A stretch of 64,000 nucleotides of DNA. It comes from an uncultured Clostridia bacterium (GTDB lineage Bacteria > Bacillota > Clostridia > Christensenellales > UBA3700). Positions within the stretch are counted from its first letter, which is position 1. Each line of letters begins with the position of its first letter. Positions 37,617 to 48,109 of the stretch are shown here, piece by piece. The stretch spans positions 4,485 through 68,484 of the forward strand of contig CAMWIL010000002.1 in assembly GCA_947174325.1 (NCBI GenBank). Direction: 5' to 3'. The notes under the pieces are model-generated. The model saw only the letters and a list, made by a program, of their open reading frames with translations. It did no database searches and was not told where the DNA came from. The position numbers were made by a program, and so were the translations under genes.

Positions 37617-38378
37617 CTACTTTCTTACCGCAATTCCTTCGCCTTCCAAATATTCTTTGAGAGCCTTGATCTCCAACTCCTTGAAATGGAAAAGCGATGC
37701 AGCCAAAGCGGCGTCAGCGCCTACGCTATCGTCCAATACGTCTTTGAAGTGACGCATTTCGCCCGCGCCTCCGCTTGCGATAACGGGGATATTGACAGCT
37801 TCGCATACGCGCTTCGTCAAGTCGAGATCGTATCCCGCTTTTGTACCGTCGCAATCCATTGATGTCAAGAGTATTTCGCCCGCGCCTCTCTTCTCCGCCT
37901 GAATTGCCCAGTCGATCGCGTCTATACCTGTGTTTATTCTTCCGCCGTTGAGATAGACGTCGAAACTTCCTTTGTCATTACGCTTTGCGTCTATAGCGAC
38001 TACAACGCACTGTCTTCCGAACTTCAAAGCGGCGTCCGTTATCAAATCGGGATTCCTGACAGCAGACGAATTGATACTTATCTTGTCTGCGCCTAAGTTA
38101 AGCAACGTCCTGAAATGTTCAACGCTTGATATACCGCCCCCTACGGTCAGAGGTATAAATACCTGTTCCGCCGCCCTTGCGATAACGTCGTACAACGTTG
38201 CTCTTCCCTCGTGCGTCGCTGTGATATCCAAAAATACTATCTCGTCGGCGCGCATAGCGTTGTACGCTTTTGCGACCTCGACAGGATCCCCGGCATCTAT
38301 TAAGTTTACAAAATTCACACCCTTGACGACTCTTCCGTTTTTAATGTCAAGACATGGAATGATTCTTTTGTTAAGCAT
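37617..38378 (-). CDS. hisF: Imidazole glycerol phosphate synthase, cyclase subunit
   Basis: [20 protein letters not shown] start at ATG 38378 (tracked TTG 38393 is possible). Motifs [11 protein letters not shown] and IASGGAG. Confidence 0.95.
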   Translation of the reverse strand: MLNKRIIPCLDIKNGRVVKGVNFVNLIDAGDPVEVAKAYNAMRADEIVFLDITATHEGRATLYDVIARAAEQVFIPLTVGGGISSVEHFRTLLNLGADKISINSSAVRNPDLITDAALKFGRQCVVVAIDAKRNDKGSFDVYLNGGRINTGIDAIDWAIQAEKRGAGEILLTSMDCDGTKAGYDLDLTKRVCEAVNIPVIASGGAGEMRHFKDVLDDSVGADAALAASLFHFKELEIKALKEYLEGEGIAVRK

Positions 38379-38394
38379 CTGTTTCTCTCTCAAT

Positions 38395-39111
38395 TTATTG
38401 TTTGCTCAATTCCAACGCCTTTTTGAAATCTATACTTCCGCTATATATCGACTTGCCCAAAATCGCGCCGTATATTCCTCTTTCTTTGACAGCCTTAACG
38501 TCTTCGTAAGTAGCCATTCCTCCGCTTGCGATAACCTTCATACCGCTATCTGTCGTCAACTTTTGAGTAGCGTCGACGTTTACTCCGCAGAGCGCGCCGT
38601 CGCGGTTTATGTCAGTATATATCACGGTATCGACGCCTCTGGATTTCATATCCAACGCGACGTCCAACGGCTTAAGCGAACTCTTTTCCACCCAGCCTTT
38701 AATAGCTACAAAACCGTCTTTCGCATCTATTCCGCTAGCTATCTTATTGCCATACTTTGCGCAAGCCGCATCCATAAGCGCCGGATCGGTTACGCACGCC
38801 GTACCTACTATTACTCTGCTTGCGCCCACTTCGTCAAGATAGAATTTGATTTTATCAAAGGACTTAATTCCGCCCCCTATTTGGACGGGTACGTTAACTT
38901 TCTTTATCAATTCTACCAAAGTCTTTTTATTTTCGAGCGAATCGTCAAACGCGCCGTTGAGATCGACAATATGCAGATATTCCGCTCCTGCCTGCTGCCA
39001 TCTCAAAGCCATATCGACAGGCGCGCCGTAATCAGTAACCTGATCGCGTTTGCCGTAAAGAAGGCGCACCGCTCTGTTGTCCAATACATCTACCGCCGGA
39101 AATAAAATCAT
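38395..39111 (-). CDS. hisA: 1-(5-phosphoribosyl)-5-[(5-phosphoribosylamino)methylideneamino]imidazole-4-carboxamide isomerase
   Basis: [32 protein letters not shown] and VIASGG motifs. Confidence 0.93.
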   Translation of the reverse strand: MILFPAVDVLDNRAVRLLYGKRDQVTDYGAPVDMALRWQQAGAEYLHIVDLNGAFDDSLENKKTLVELIKKVNVPVQIGGGIKSFDKIKFYLDEVGASRVIVGTACVTDPALMDAACAKYGNKIASGIDAKDGFVAIKGWVEKSSLKPLDVALDMKSRGVDTVIYTDINRDGALCGVNVDATQKLTTDSGMKVIASGGMATYEDVKAVKERGIYGAILGKSIYSGSIDFKKALELSKQ

Positions 39112-39146
39112 AATTCTATCCTCTTTTTATTTTCAACTATCATAAC

Positions 39147-39746
39147 TCACTTGATTTTAGCAAAGTTGGTCAAGAGTTTTAGCCCCGTATCTCCGCTTTT
39201 TTCAGGATGGAACTGCACTCCCCAAATATTGTCCTTGTTTACTGAAGCGGTAAACTCATAGCCGTATTCGCAAGACGTTTCTATATCCTCGGTCTTACAA
39301 CCGCTCGCGTGATACGAGTGGACGAAATAGAAGTTCAAATCTTCAATCCCGTCAAATAGAGGCGTACGTTTTTTGATCGTCAGCTTATTCCATCCGATAT
39401 GAGGAACTTTGAGCTTTGTTTCAAATCTTGTTACCTCGCCGTTCACTAGTCCCAAACCTTTGAATTCGCCGTCTTCGAAACTCTTCTCAAACAGCATTTG
39501 CATACCAAGACAAATCCCCAAAAAAGGCTTACCCTTGGCGATCTCGCTTTTGAGTATATCGCTTAATCCGCCGCTATTCAACGCGTCTATCGCATCCTTA
39601 AACGCTCCCACGCCCGGCAATACGATATGACTTGCGGCTTGCAAATCCGTAGCCTTATCGGTAATGATCGCATCGTATCCTATATACTCAAAAGCCTTTT
39701 GAACGCTTCTGAGATTGCCCATACCGTAATCGACTATCGCAATCAT
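39147..39746 (-). CDS. hisH: Imidazole glycerol phosphate synthase, glutamine amidotransferase subunit
   Basis: MIAIVDYGMGNLRSV, GICLGMQ (catalytic Cys) and FHPEKS. Confidence 0.93.
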   Translation of the reverse strand: MIAIVDYGMGNLRSVQKAFEYIGYDAIITDKATDLQAASHIVLPGVGAFKDAIDALNSGGLSDILKSEIAKGKPFLGICLGMQMLFEKSFEDGEFKGLGLVNGEVTRFETKLKVPHIGWNKLTIKKRTPLFDGIEDLNFYFVHSYHASGCKTEDIETSCEYGYEFTASVNKDNIWGVQFHPEKSGDTGLKLLTNFAKIK

Positions 39747-40324
39747 TCAAGCACGCCCTTTGACGAAGGAAGAGTATTTCCCACGATCTTGACCGCTTCA
39801 CCGAGCGCTCTTGCAAACGCCTTGAATATCGCCTCGATCTTGTGATGCGAGTTGCTACCGTAATGCAAATTTATATGCAAGGTAATTCCGCCGTAATTTG
39901 CTACCGCTCTGAAAAATTCCTCAACGAGTTCTATATCGAAATCTCCTACTTTTCCGCTCATACCCTCCGCGTTGAAAACGAGGAAAGGTCTTCCGCTTAC
40001 GTCTATCGTGACACTCGCCAAACTTTCGTCCATAGGAATAGTCACGGACGCATATCTTTTGATACCCACTTTATCTCCCAAAGATTGGACTATCGCCTTG
40101 CCCAAAACAATGCCGATATCCTCAACCGAGTGGTGTCCGTCTACTCTGGTATCGCCCTCGCAACGCACGGTAAAATCAAACCCTGAGTGACATGCAAAAA
40201 GCGTCATCATATGGTCAAAAAAGCCTATTCCCGTATCAACAGAGTAATTACCCTTTCCGTCAATATCGAGCGCAAGTCTTATCTTGGTCTCTTTGGTGTC
40301 TCTCACAATTTCTGCCTGTCTCAT
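39743..40324 (-). CDS. hisB: Imidazoleglycerol-phosphate dehydratase
   Basis: MRQAEIVRDTKETKIRLALDIDG start at ATG 40324 forms an ATGA overlap with the hisD stop. HHSVEDIGI and NSHHKIEA motifs. The 318-nt 5' extension in the ORF track is out-of-frame overlap with hisD. Confidence 0.93.
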   Translation of the reverse strand: MRQAEIVRDTKETKIRLALDIDGKGNYSVDTGIGFFDHMMTLFACHSGFDFTVRCEGDTRVDGHHSVEDIGIVLGKAIVQSLGDKVGIKRYASVTIPMDESLASVTIDVSGRPFLVFNAEGMSGKVGDFDIELVEEFFRAVANYGGITLHINLHYGSNSHHKIEAIFKAFARALGEAVKIVGNTLPSSKGVLE

Positions 40325-41628
40325 TTTGTCTCCTTGTCGCCAAATTCGGCTTTTCTTATTTTTATTGTATTGGCATGCGCGCCGAAGCCCTCGCTCTCTG
40401 CGATAGATATTATATCGTCCGCAGCAGATAGCAAATCGTCTTTTGAATAATTGATATAACTTATCTTCTTCATAAACGTATCTACTGAAAGCACCGACGA
40501 ATATCTCGCGCTTCCGCTCGTCGGCAGGACGTGGGACGGACCTGCAAAATAATCTCCCAAAGGTTCTGGCGAAAAATTGCCTACGAATATCGCTCCCGCG
40601 TTGGAGAGTTTCATCGCCACGTCGTGCGCATTGCGAGCGCATACTTCCAAATGTTCAGGCGCAACTTCGTCGGCTATCTTGATAGCCTCGTCAATATTGT
40701 CTGCGACGATTATCGCTCCGTTAGCGTTTAAAGATTTTGTTATTATCTCTTTTCTTGCCAAAAGTTCCGTCTGCCTGTCGAGCTCATCCCTGACCTGCTC
40801 GGCTATTTTTTCACTGGTTGTGACGAGTATACTTGCCGCCAATTCATCGTGTTCCGCCTGAGAAAGCAAATCGCTTGCCAAAAGTTTTGGATCTGCGCTA
40901 TCATCGGCTATGACCAATATTTCGCTCGGTCCGGCTATCATATCTATCGCGACGTGACCGAATACTTGTTTCTTTGCCAAAGTCACAAAGACGTTTCCCG
41001 GTCCTGCAATCAAATCTACTCTCGGCAAAGACTTCGTACCGTAGGCCATTGCGGCAATCGCCTGCGCTCCCCCTACTTTGTATATCTTATCTATTCCGCA
41101 CTCTTTACAAGCGACTAAAATCGCAGGGTTGTTGATATTCGGCGTTGTGACTATTACTTCTCCTACTCCCGCAGCTATGGCAGGCAGCGCCGTCATAAGC
41201 ACCGTTGACGGATAACTCGCTTTGCCTCCCGGCACGTAAAGTCCCACCCTAGCCAAAGGACGGTATATCCATCCCAAAGTACTCGTCTTGTTTACTCCTG
41301 CCGAGAAGAATTCGTTGGAAAACTTATCTCTCTGTCTTGAATGATACTCAAGTATGCTTTGCTTTGCTCTTCTTATGCTCTCGACCAAAGACTTGTCCAC
41401 TTTTTTATAAGCGTCGTCGATCTCGTCGTCGCTTACTAGTATACTAGTCTCGTCGATAACTTGCCTGTCGAATTTTAACGCGTAATCAAACAGAGCTTTA
41501 TCGCCGCGATTTCTTACGTCTTCGATAATGGCGTTGACGGTAGAAATATATTCTGAATTGTCAAGCTGAGTTCTGCCGAATACTCTGCTCATATCGTCTT
41601 TTCCGTATTTCAAAATAGGTACTGACAT
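40321..41628 (-). CDS. hisD: Histidinol dehydrogenase
   Basis: 435 aa. GGKASYPSTVLM, GPSEILVIAD, QAEHD and GDYFAGPSHVLPT motifs. Confidence 0.95.
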   Translation of the reverse strand: MSVPILKYGKDDMSRVFGRTQLDNSEYISTVNAIIEDVRNRGDKALFDYALKFDRQVIDETSILVSDDEIDDAYKKVDKSLVESIRRAKQSILEYHSRQRDKFSNEFFSAGVNKTSTLGWIYRPLARVGLYVPGGKASYPSTVLMTALPAIAAGVGEVIVTTPNINNPAILVACKECGIDKIYKVGGAQAIAAMAYGTKSLPRVDLIAGPGNVFVTLAKKQVFGHVAIDMIAGPSEILVIADDSADPKLLASDLLSQAEHDELAASILVTTSEKIAEQVRDELDRQTELLARKEIITKSLNANGAIIVADNIDEAIKIADEVAPEHLEVCARNAHDVAMKLSNAGAIFVGNFSPEPLGDYFAGPSHVLPTSGSARYSSVLSVDTFMKKISYINYSKDDLLSAADDIISIAESEGFGAHANTIKIRKAEFGDKETK

Positions 41629-41658
41629 AATATCCTCTTTTTGTATATCGCCTTAGCT

Positions 41659-42300
41659 TCAATTTTGCGATTTGATTATTTGGTCTATCTTGCCGACGAG
41701 CGGTTTTATCTCTTCCGCCTTCGTCTTCAAACTGACTTTGTTGACGATAAGTCTTGCCGAACACTTTGCTATCTCTTCCAATACGCATAGATCGTTTTCT
41801 TGCAAAGTCTTTCCGCTCTCTACTATATCAAGTATGATATCGCTAAGCCCTACGATCGGTCCGAGCTCTATCGAACCGTGCAATGGAATGATTTCGACGT
41901 TCTGACCTTTCGAATCAAAATAGTCTTTCGCTACGCTTGCGTACTTCGTTGCGACTTTAAGCGAATTCCTATAATTCGACAAGTCCGTATTTTTATATCC
42001 CGCTAGGCATAGTCTGCATTTTGCAAAGCCTAAATCTATCAGCTCGTATACGTCTCTTCCCTCTTCAAGCAACGTATCTTTTCCCACTACGCCGATATCT
42101 GCGACTCCGTGCTCGACGTATATAGGCACGTCGCTGGGTTTGACAAAGATAAATTCGTATTTGCCGCTTACGTCGCTCATTACGAGTTTTCTAGACGGCT
42201 CCAAAATACATCTGCAATCAATACCGCATTTTTCCAATATATCCACGGACTTTTCAGCCAAGCGCCCTTTTGCCAAAGCAAATTTAATTTTCTCTTGCAT
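41659..42300 (-). CDS. hisG: ATP phosphoribosyltransferase, short (HisZ-dependent) form
   Basis: 213 aa. FALAKGRL and DIVESGKTLQEN motifs. It lacks the long-form C-terminal regulatory domain. Confidence 0.93.
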   Translation of the reverse strand: MQEKIKFALAKGRLAEKSVDILEKCGIDCRCILEPSRKLVMSDVSGKYEFIFVKPSDVPIYVEHGVADIGVVGKDTLLEEGRDVYELIDLGFAKCRLCLAGYKNTDLSNYRNSLKVATKYASVAKDYFDSKGQNVEIIPLHGSIELGPIVGLSDIILDIVESGKTLQENDLCVLEEIAKCSARLIVNKVSLKTKAEEIKPLVGKIDQIIKSQN

Positions 42301-42301
42301 T

Positions 42302-43480
42302 TCAAATCTCCTCTTCGCCGTCTTTGTCCAGATATACCGCGCGCTTTGCGCCGAGAACTATTTTGCTGTTTTGCAAACTTTTTTTATCTGTCGAAAACGA
42401 ACAGATCGCATTGATTCCCGTACTTCTCAACTTGTCTACGTACTTTTCCGCTTCTCTCATAAATTTCGGAGCGTAACCGACGATAACTTCGATCGCGGGC
42501 AACTTTTGTAATTTGTTTTGGTTATCAAGCGCGGTAACAAGATATCCTATCCCTATAGCAAAACCTACCGCTGGGATATGCTTGCCGAAAGCGTCGCAGA
42601 GCTCGTCGTATCTTCCGCCGGAGAGGATAGGTCTGCCGAGATTTTTATTGATACCTCTCATTACCATACCCGAATAATACTTCATCTTTCCTACGCTGCT
42701 CATATCAAAACAAACGTATTTTTCATAGCCGAGTTTCTTAACGCCATCGTATACGGCTTTGAGATTTTCGACCGCCCTCTTCATCTCTTCGTTGAGACAC
42801 ATCTTCTCCGCCGCGTCGAGAACTTCCACTCCTCCGAAAAGCATCGGAAGTCTTGACAGCGTGTCGGGCAAAAGCTTGTCCATCTCATGCGATAAATTGT
42901 AAAGTTTAATTCCGTTTTTGGATTCGATAGAATTTATCAAAACCTCTCTGTCTTCTTCGCAAATCTTGAACGCGTCCAAAAGACCTTTGAAAAATCCTAC
43001 GTGTCCAATCTCGATCTGGAAATCTTCAAGTCCTACCGCGATCAGACTCTTTATCGCCAACATAACGATCTCTATATCAACGTCGTTGCCTTGCGCGCCC
43101 ATTATTTCCACGCCTGCCTGAGTAAATTCTCTCAACTTGCCTTCATTTTCCAGCGCGCTGAAAGACTTGCCCAAATAGCAAAGTTTTGTACTTCCCTCAG
43201 AAAGTTTTGTACACACTATACGCGAGATAGGCATAGTGATATCGGGACGCAAAATAAGCAGATCGCCGTCAACGTCGGTAACTTTGAAAAGCTTGTTGAG
43301 CTCTACTTTTCCTACTCCGCTGTCAAAGAGTTCGTATCTCTCCAAAACCGGCGTTTCTATCTCGCTATATCCGTAATATTTGAAACACTCCAGCAATTTA
43401 CCCTCGACTATTCTTCTCGAATAACAGTCAATAGGCAAATGGTCGTGTATTCCGCTCGGCAGCTTAAACTTCTTTATCAT
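42302..43480 (-). CDS. hisZ: ATP phosphoribosyltransferase regulatory subunit (HisRS paralogue)
   Basis: 392-aa class II aaRS-like protein (LPSGIHD, LRPDITMPI, GGRYD) directly upstream of short hisG. Confidence 0.85.
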   Translation of the reverse strand: MIKKFKLPSGIHDHLPIDCYSRRIVEGKLLECFKYYGYSEIETPVLERYELFDSGVGKVELNKLFKVTDVDGDLLILRPDITMPISRIVCTKLSEGSTKLCYLGKSFSALENEGKLREFTQAGVEIMGAQGNDVDIEIVMLAIKSLIAVGLEDFQIEIGHVGFFKGLLDAFKICEEDREVLINSIESKNGIKLYNLSHEMDKLLPDTLSRLPMLFGGVEVLDAAEKMCLNEEMKRAVENLKAVYDGVKKLGYEKYVCFDMSSVGKMKYYSGMVMRGINKNLGRPILSGGRYDELCDAFGKHIPAVGFAIGIGYLVTALDNQNKLQKLPAIEVIVGYAPKFMREAEKYVDKLRSTGINAICSFSTDKKSLQNSKIVLGAKRAVYLDKDGEEEI

Positions 43481-43591
43481 AATCTCTCTAAACCTTTTAC
43501 GATTTTACAATTATAGTAAAATAATACGCATATATTATAATACTATAAATTAGGTTTTGTCTATGAATAAACAATAAAAATTTTCTGCGAA

Positions 43592-43617
43592 CAAAAAAAG
43601 CGGACGATAAGTCCGCA
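43592..43617 (-). terminator. Intrinsic terminator downstream of recG
   Basis: Minus strand GCGGAC-TTATC-GTCCGC-TTTTTTTG. Stem arms are 43616-43611 and 43605-43600. Confidence 0.8.
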
Positions 43618-43658
43618 AAATTAAAGAATTTTTCTTAATTCAATCGACGCGCCCGACG

Positions 43659-45653
43659 TCAATTAAGCGATACGCCCTGCATCACGGCAAGATATTTGGC
43701 AAGCATTTCGTCATACTCGGTGAAAATACCGCCCTCTTCCATAAGCGAATCGGCAATGTATTTGCACTCTTCTATAATTTTTTTGTTGATGAATACTCCT
43801 ATCTTTCCGCTTCCGCCGCTTTGATTTATACCCAAGAAATCCCCATAACCGCGCATATCGGCGTCGATCTCGGCAATCTTCAAGCCGTCTTTGTTGTCTC
43901 GCAACGCTTCAAGCCGCAAATTCTCTTCTTGCTTGGAAGTATGCAAAAAGCAATAAGACTTGATCTGCGGATTTCTTCCCACTCTTCCTCTCAACTGGTG
44001 CAGTCCCGCCAAACCAAACCTGTCGCTGTTGAGAACCGCCATAACGCTTGCTCTTTGAGAATCTATACCGACTTCTATGACTGAAGTCGCTACAAGCGCG
44101 TCAATGTCGCCTGCGTAAAATCTTGACATGATCTCGCTTTTGTCTTTTTCTTTCATACTTCCGTATATAAGACCCACGTTGATGTCGGATAATTCCTTTT
44201 TGACAAGTTGTTTGTATAACATCTTTGCAGAAAAGACTTCAAGTCCTTCGCTGTCCTCGACTAGCGGACAAACGATATAAGCCTGCTCTCCATAGGACAC
44301 TCGTTCTTTAATAAATTTGTAAAGTCCTTTGAGCTTATCGTCGCCCATAACGAAAGTAGTGATATTGTCGCCCGTACCCTCGCGAGGTTGAAGCGTAGAC
44401 ATATCCAAATCGCCGTATAGCGACAGCGCAAGCGCTCTCGGTATCGGAGTTGCGCTCATAACTATAACGTCCACGCCTATCGCCTTATCTTCAAGCTTAC
44501 TCTTTTGTCTTACGCCGAATCTGTGCAATTCGTCTATTACTATAAGCCCTAAATTGTCAAATTTGACCTTATCATTGAGTACCGCGTGAGTACCGACGAC
44601 CAGATCGATCTCACCCTTTTGCAATTTAGATATTATATCTTTCTTTTCTTGCGCGGGTGTCGACGCAGTAAGCAAAGCGACCTGCATAGCGTCCCCAAAT
44701 AACGTTAGGGCGGTCTTATAATGTTGCCTTGCCAATATCTCGGTCGGAGCCATAATCGAAGACTGTTTGCCGCACTTTTTGGCAAACAAACACGATAAAA
44801 GCGCAATTACCGTTTTGCCCGAACCTACGTCCCCCATCAACATTCTATTCGTATGTTTTTCGCCTTTGAGATCGGCGATTATTTCTCTTATCGCTTTATC
44901 TTGCGAAGGAGTAAGCGCATACGGCAAAGCGGCTATCTCATTTTCTATCGAAGAAAGATCCTGCAAATACGGATGCGGCTTTTTGTTGTCGCTGTTGTTC
45001 TTGACTACTCTATACGCAATGATTTGATAAACCAATTCCTCAATCGCTATACGCTTTCTGGCAACGTTACAATCGGCAATATCCAACGGCTCGTGAACTA
45101 TCCGAAACGCGCTGTCCAAAGACATATCCGTATAGTCGTCCAGTTTGCTGACTACCTTATACGAATCAAGACAACTCTTTACGATATTTCTGAAAAGTTG
45201 CTGACCGACAACGTCTTTAAGCGGATAAATAGGAACGATGCCTTGAAGTCTCTTATTTTCCTCGGCGCGCTCAAAACTCGGATTGGACATCTCGATCTTT
45301 TTTCCGTTGAGTCTTGCCTTGCCCCAAAACAAGAATTCGCCTCCCTGTTTGATAAGCGGCAGGACAAACGGCGAATTAAACCACGTGAGTTTTATCTTCT
45401 TTCCTTGCGTATTTAGCGTAGCCGTGCAAAAAGTCAAACCTCTCTTAGCTCTTATCAGTCCGCTTATAGAAGTAAGAGTTCCGCGCAATAAAACGTAATC
45501 TCCGCTTTCTATTTCGTCCAAAACTGTTTCTTTGGTCATATCCCAATAGAATTTCGGATAGAAATATATCGCGTCTCTTACGCTTTCTATACCCAACTTT
45601 TTAAGTTTTTCGAGAGTTTTCTCTCCCACGCCTTTAATATCGATCAGTTCCAT
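43659..45653 (-). CDS. recG: ATP-dependent DNA helicase RecG
   Basis: 664 aa with a wedge domain plus SF2 helicase motifs (GDVGSGKT, DELHRFG, SATPIPR, QLRGRVGR). Confidence 0.95.
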   Translation of the reverse strand: MELIDIKGVGEKTLEKLKKLGIESVRDAIYFYPKFYWDMTKETVLDEIESGDYVLLRGTLTSISGLIRAKRGLTFCTATLNTQGKKIKLTWFNSPFVLPLIKQGGEFLFWGKARLNGKKIEMSNPSFERAEENKRLQGIVPIYPLKDVVGQQLFRNIVKSCLDSYKVVSKLDDYTDMSLDSAFRIVHEPLDIADCNVARKRIAIEELVYQIIAYRVVKNNSDNKKPHPYLQDLSSIENEIAALPYALTPSQDKAIREIIADLKGEKHTNRMLMGDVGSGKTVIALLSCLFAKKCGKQSSIMAPTEILARQHYKTALTLFGDAMQVALLTASTPAQEKKDIISKLQKGEIDLVVGTHAVLNDKVKFDNLGLIVIDELHRFGVRQKSKLEDKAIGVDVIVMSATPIPRALALSLYGDLDMSTLQPREGTGDNITTFVMGDDKLKGLYKFIKERVSYGEQAYIVCPLVEDSEGLEVFSAKMLYKQLVKKELSDINVGLIYGSMKEKDKSEIMSRFYAGDIDALVATSVIEVGIDSQRASVMAVLNSDRFGLAGLHQLRGRVGRNPQIKSYCFLHTSKQEENLRLEALRDNKDGLKIAEIDADMRGYGDFLGINQSGGSGKIGVFINKKIIEECKYIADSLMEEGGIFTEYDEMLAKYLAVMQGVSLN

Positions 45654-45770
45654 AGCAATAGTATATATCCTATATAATTAAAAAGACAAGCAATTTTTCA
45701 GCTTATTAAAAGATTAGAATTCAAAAGAATTATCGCAATATGCTATCATTTTAAAATCGCCACAAAGTTT

Positions 45771-45786
45771 TTGAACACAGTTCAGT
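45771..45786. repeat. Copy A of 16-bp motif TTGAACA-N-WGTTCAGT
   Basis: TTGAACACAGTTCAGT, in the yloV-recG intergenic region. Confidence 0.6.
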
Positions 45787-45884
45787 TATTCGGTCGACTC
45801 AATTTAAACGGAAAATTTCAGATATAAAAACTACGACGACGAGCGACACGAAATTATGAATAAATTAAATTATATAGTTGTGAT

Positions 45885-45935
45885 AAAAATTATATATCCT
45901 ATATCGCAAAACTAACAAAATTTTACGATATAGGA
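45885..45935 (-). terminator. Stem-loop downstream of yloV (possible terminator)
   Basis: TCCTATATCG (45897-45906) pairs with CGATATAGGA (45926-45935), with a 19-nt loop. On the minus strand it is followed by TATATAATTTTTATC. Confidence 0.4.
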
Positions 45936-45949
45936 CGATAAATACGATA

Positions 45950-45965
45950 TTGAACAAAGTTCAGT
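45950..45965. repeat. Copy B of 16-bp motif TTGAACA-N-WGTTCAGT
   Basis: TTGAACAAAGTTCAGT, 18 nt from the yloV stop codon. Confidence 0.6.
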
Positions 45966-45982
45966 TTGGATAAATATCCGAA

Positions 45983-47617
45983 TTATTCTACTGAGATCAA
46001 ATAGTAGTAATGAGGTTGACCGCCGAAATAACTTACAACGTCAAAGCCTTCATATTTTTCTTTGAGTTTTTTGACGAGTTTATCAACGTCTTTCTTGCTC
46101 ACGCCCTCTCCGTAATAGAGAGTGATCACCTCGCTCCATTCGTCAACGAGCTTTTCAACAACGGCAAGCGAAGTTTCTTCTACGCTTTTACTATCGGCTA
46201 TAATAAGTTTGCCGTCTAGACCTATAATATCGCCTTCTGTGATCTCAAAACCATCTAAATTGGTATTTCTGACTGCATTTGTAACCTGTCCGCACTTCAA
46301 ATCTTCATAAGAAGCGGTCATTTCTGCAACGTTGACGTCTATAGGTTGATTGATATCGAACGCAAACGCCGCTCTAATACCCTGCGCAACTTCGACAGTA
46401 GGTATGACAAATATATTCTTTTTGGTCAATTCTTTGACTTTTTCCGCAGCCATTATGATATTTTTGTTGTTTGGCAGGATAATTATGTTGTCCGAATTGA
46501 TTTTTTCTACCGCATTGAGAATATCCTCAACGCTCGGATTCATTGTTTGTCCGCCCTCGATAACCTCATCAATGGTCAATTCTTTGAAAATATTAGCAAT
46601 TCCTTCGCCTGCGCAGATAGAAATCACGCCGATTTCTTTCTTAGTATGCTCTTTCTCTCTGATCAACTCGCGATGTTGCTCCAACATATTCTCGATTTTG
46701 ACCTTGCCGAGCTCTCCAAGTTGCAAAGCGTAATACAACGCCCTGTTAGGCTGATTGGTATGAACGTGAACTTTAATCAAAGACACGTCGCCGATCACTA
46801 TTACGCAATCGCCGATAGCCATCAACTTATCTCTAAGCTTTTCAACATCTTCTTCGGTTATATGTTTTTTGAGATTTATAACAAAATATTCTGTACAATA
46901 AGCATACTTTATATTATCAAGGTCATGTTCGTCATTTCCAAACGCGTCAAGCGTCGGCGCAGGTACTACGGCATTTTCGCTTTCTTCGATTATTTCAGGG
47001 ATATCTATGCCTGCCAAAGCATTGTAATAGCCTTGCAATACGCACATAAGTCCCTTACCGCCGGCGTCCACAACTCCCGCTTGTTTCAATACAGGCAACA
47101 TATCAGGCGTTTTTTGAAGAATTTCCTCGCCTTTTTTAATAAGCTGTTCGAAAAAATTGATAAAAGAAGCGTTTTTGCTTGCAATCGACGGCGCGTTTTC
47201 AGCCAAATATCTGATAACAGTCAACACCGTGCCTTCTTTTGGCTTTGTAACTGCGTTGTAGGCTATTTCTCTCGAATGTCTCAACGCGTTGGCAAACGCT
47301 TTTGTCGTGATAGATTTCTCATCGGAAAGCACTACCGCCAAACCTTTGATTATCTGTGATAATATTACTCCCGAGTTACCTCTAGCGCCTTTGAGCGCGC
47401 CCCTTGAGTATGCTGTCAAAATTTCTCTTATATCGTCAGTCTCTACGGACTTTACTTCCTTTATTGCCGACTCCATTGTCAGCGACATATTCGTTCCCGT
47501 ATCGCCATCGGGAACCGGAAAGACATTCAGAGCGTCAACCATTGCTTTATTGGCTTTCAAATATCTGTAGCCGCCGTCGAGCATCTGCAATATCTTGGCA
47601 CTATCCAAAACTTTCAT
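45983..47617 (-). CDS. DAK2 domain-containing protein (YloV-like)
   Basis: 544 aa. N-terminal Dak2 motif (PVPDGDTGTNM) and a DegV-like C-terminal half. Sits in the position of B. subtilis yloV. Confidence 0.85.
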   Translation of the reverse strand: MKVLDSAKILQMLDGGYRYLKANKAMVDALNVFPVPDGDTGTNMSLTMESAIKEVKSVETDDIREILTAYSRGALKGARGNSGVILSQIIKGLAVVLSDEKSITTKAFANALRHSREIAYNAVTKPKEGTVLTVIRYLAENAPSIASKNASFINFFEQLIKKGEEILQKTPDMLPVLKQAGVVDAGGKGLMCVLQGYYNALAGIDIPEIIEESENAVVPAPTLDAFGNDEHDLDNIKYAYCTEYFVINLKKHITEEDVEKLRDKLMAIGDCVIVIGDVSLIKVHVHTNQPNRALYYALQLGELGKVKIENMLEQHRELIREKEHTKKEIGVISICAGEGIANIFKELTIDEVIEGGQTMNPSVEDILNAVEKINSDNIIILPNNKNIIMAAEKVKELTKKNIFVIPTVEVAQGIRAAFAFDINQPIDVNVAEMTASYEDLKCGQVTNAVRNTNLDGFEITEGDIIGLDGKLIIADSKSVEETSLAVVEKLVDEWSEVITLYYGEGVSKKDVDKLVKKLKEKYEGFDVVSYFGGQPHYYYLISVE

Positions 47618-47629
47618 TTTAGTCTCCGA

Positions 47630-47980
47630 TCAAACTTTTACACCCACTACGTTGACGATCACACCGTCAACTCTCATGCCGGTATACGTTTCTACGTTAT
47701 ACTTTACCGTACTTTTTATAGAATCGGTAACGGCATCTATATTTACGCCCTCTCTGAGGACAACGAAAAGTTCAATATTAATCTTATTTTTTATTGTGAC
47801 AATTTTTACGCCCTTTCCCTGTGGGCTCTTATTAAAAAACTCGCTTATACTGTCACTTAATTTGCGCGACACAAGATCGACGACTCCATAACAATCAGCC
47901 GCCGCAAAATGCGCCACCATAGATATGGCTTTATCAGTTATGATTATTCTTCCATAATAATTTGATGTCTTAACTGCCAT
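47630..47980 (-). CDS. Asp23/Gls24 family (alkaline shock protein-like) protein, YloU-like
   Basis: MAVKTSNYYGRIIITDKAISMVAHFAAADCYGVVDL fits Asp23 family N-termini. The tracked ORF starts at TTG 47998. Neither start has a strong SD. Confidence 0.8.
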   Translation of the reverse strand: MAVKTSNYYGRIIITDKAISMVAHFAAADCYGVVDLVSRKLSDSISEFFNKSPQGKGVKIVTIKNKINIELFVVLREGVNIDAVTDSIKSTVKYNVETYTGMRVDGVIVNVVGVKV

Positions 47981-48109
47981 ATATTGTAATTTTAACAAAA
48001 AAATATGCCTTATGCAAGCATTTTGAATATATTTTAGACGCCCGCATATTCTAATATAAGCAAAATCAGATTATTTTATGAAATTTTTTGAAAAAATTGC
48101 GCTATTTTC

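Noticed and set aside
40325-40642. A 106-codon 5' extension of the hisB ORF (tracked as 39743..40642, 299 aa).
   Set aside because: The extension overlaps the 3' end of hisD in another frame and translates to Arg/Cys-rich nonsense. The conserved HisB N-terminus (MRQAEIVRDTKETK) begins at ATG 40324, which forms an ATGA overlap with the hisD stop.
43481-43658. T-box or attenuator leaders upstream of the his operon (hisZ), and likewise upstream of ilvB (35562-35620).
   Set aside because: After the recG terminator only ~110 nt remain before hisZ, and ~20 nt remain between the ilvB -10 and its ATG. Both are too short for a T-box. No specifier or T-box sequence (AGGGUGGNACCGCG-like) or terminator/antiterminator pair is present.
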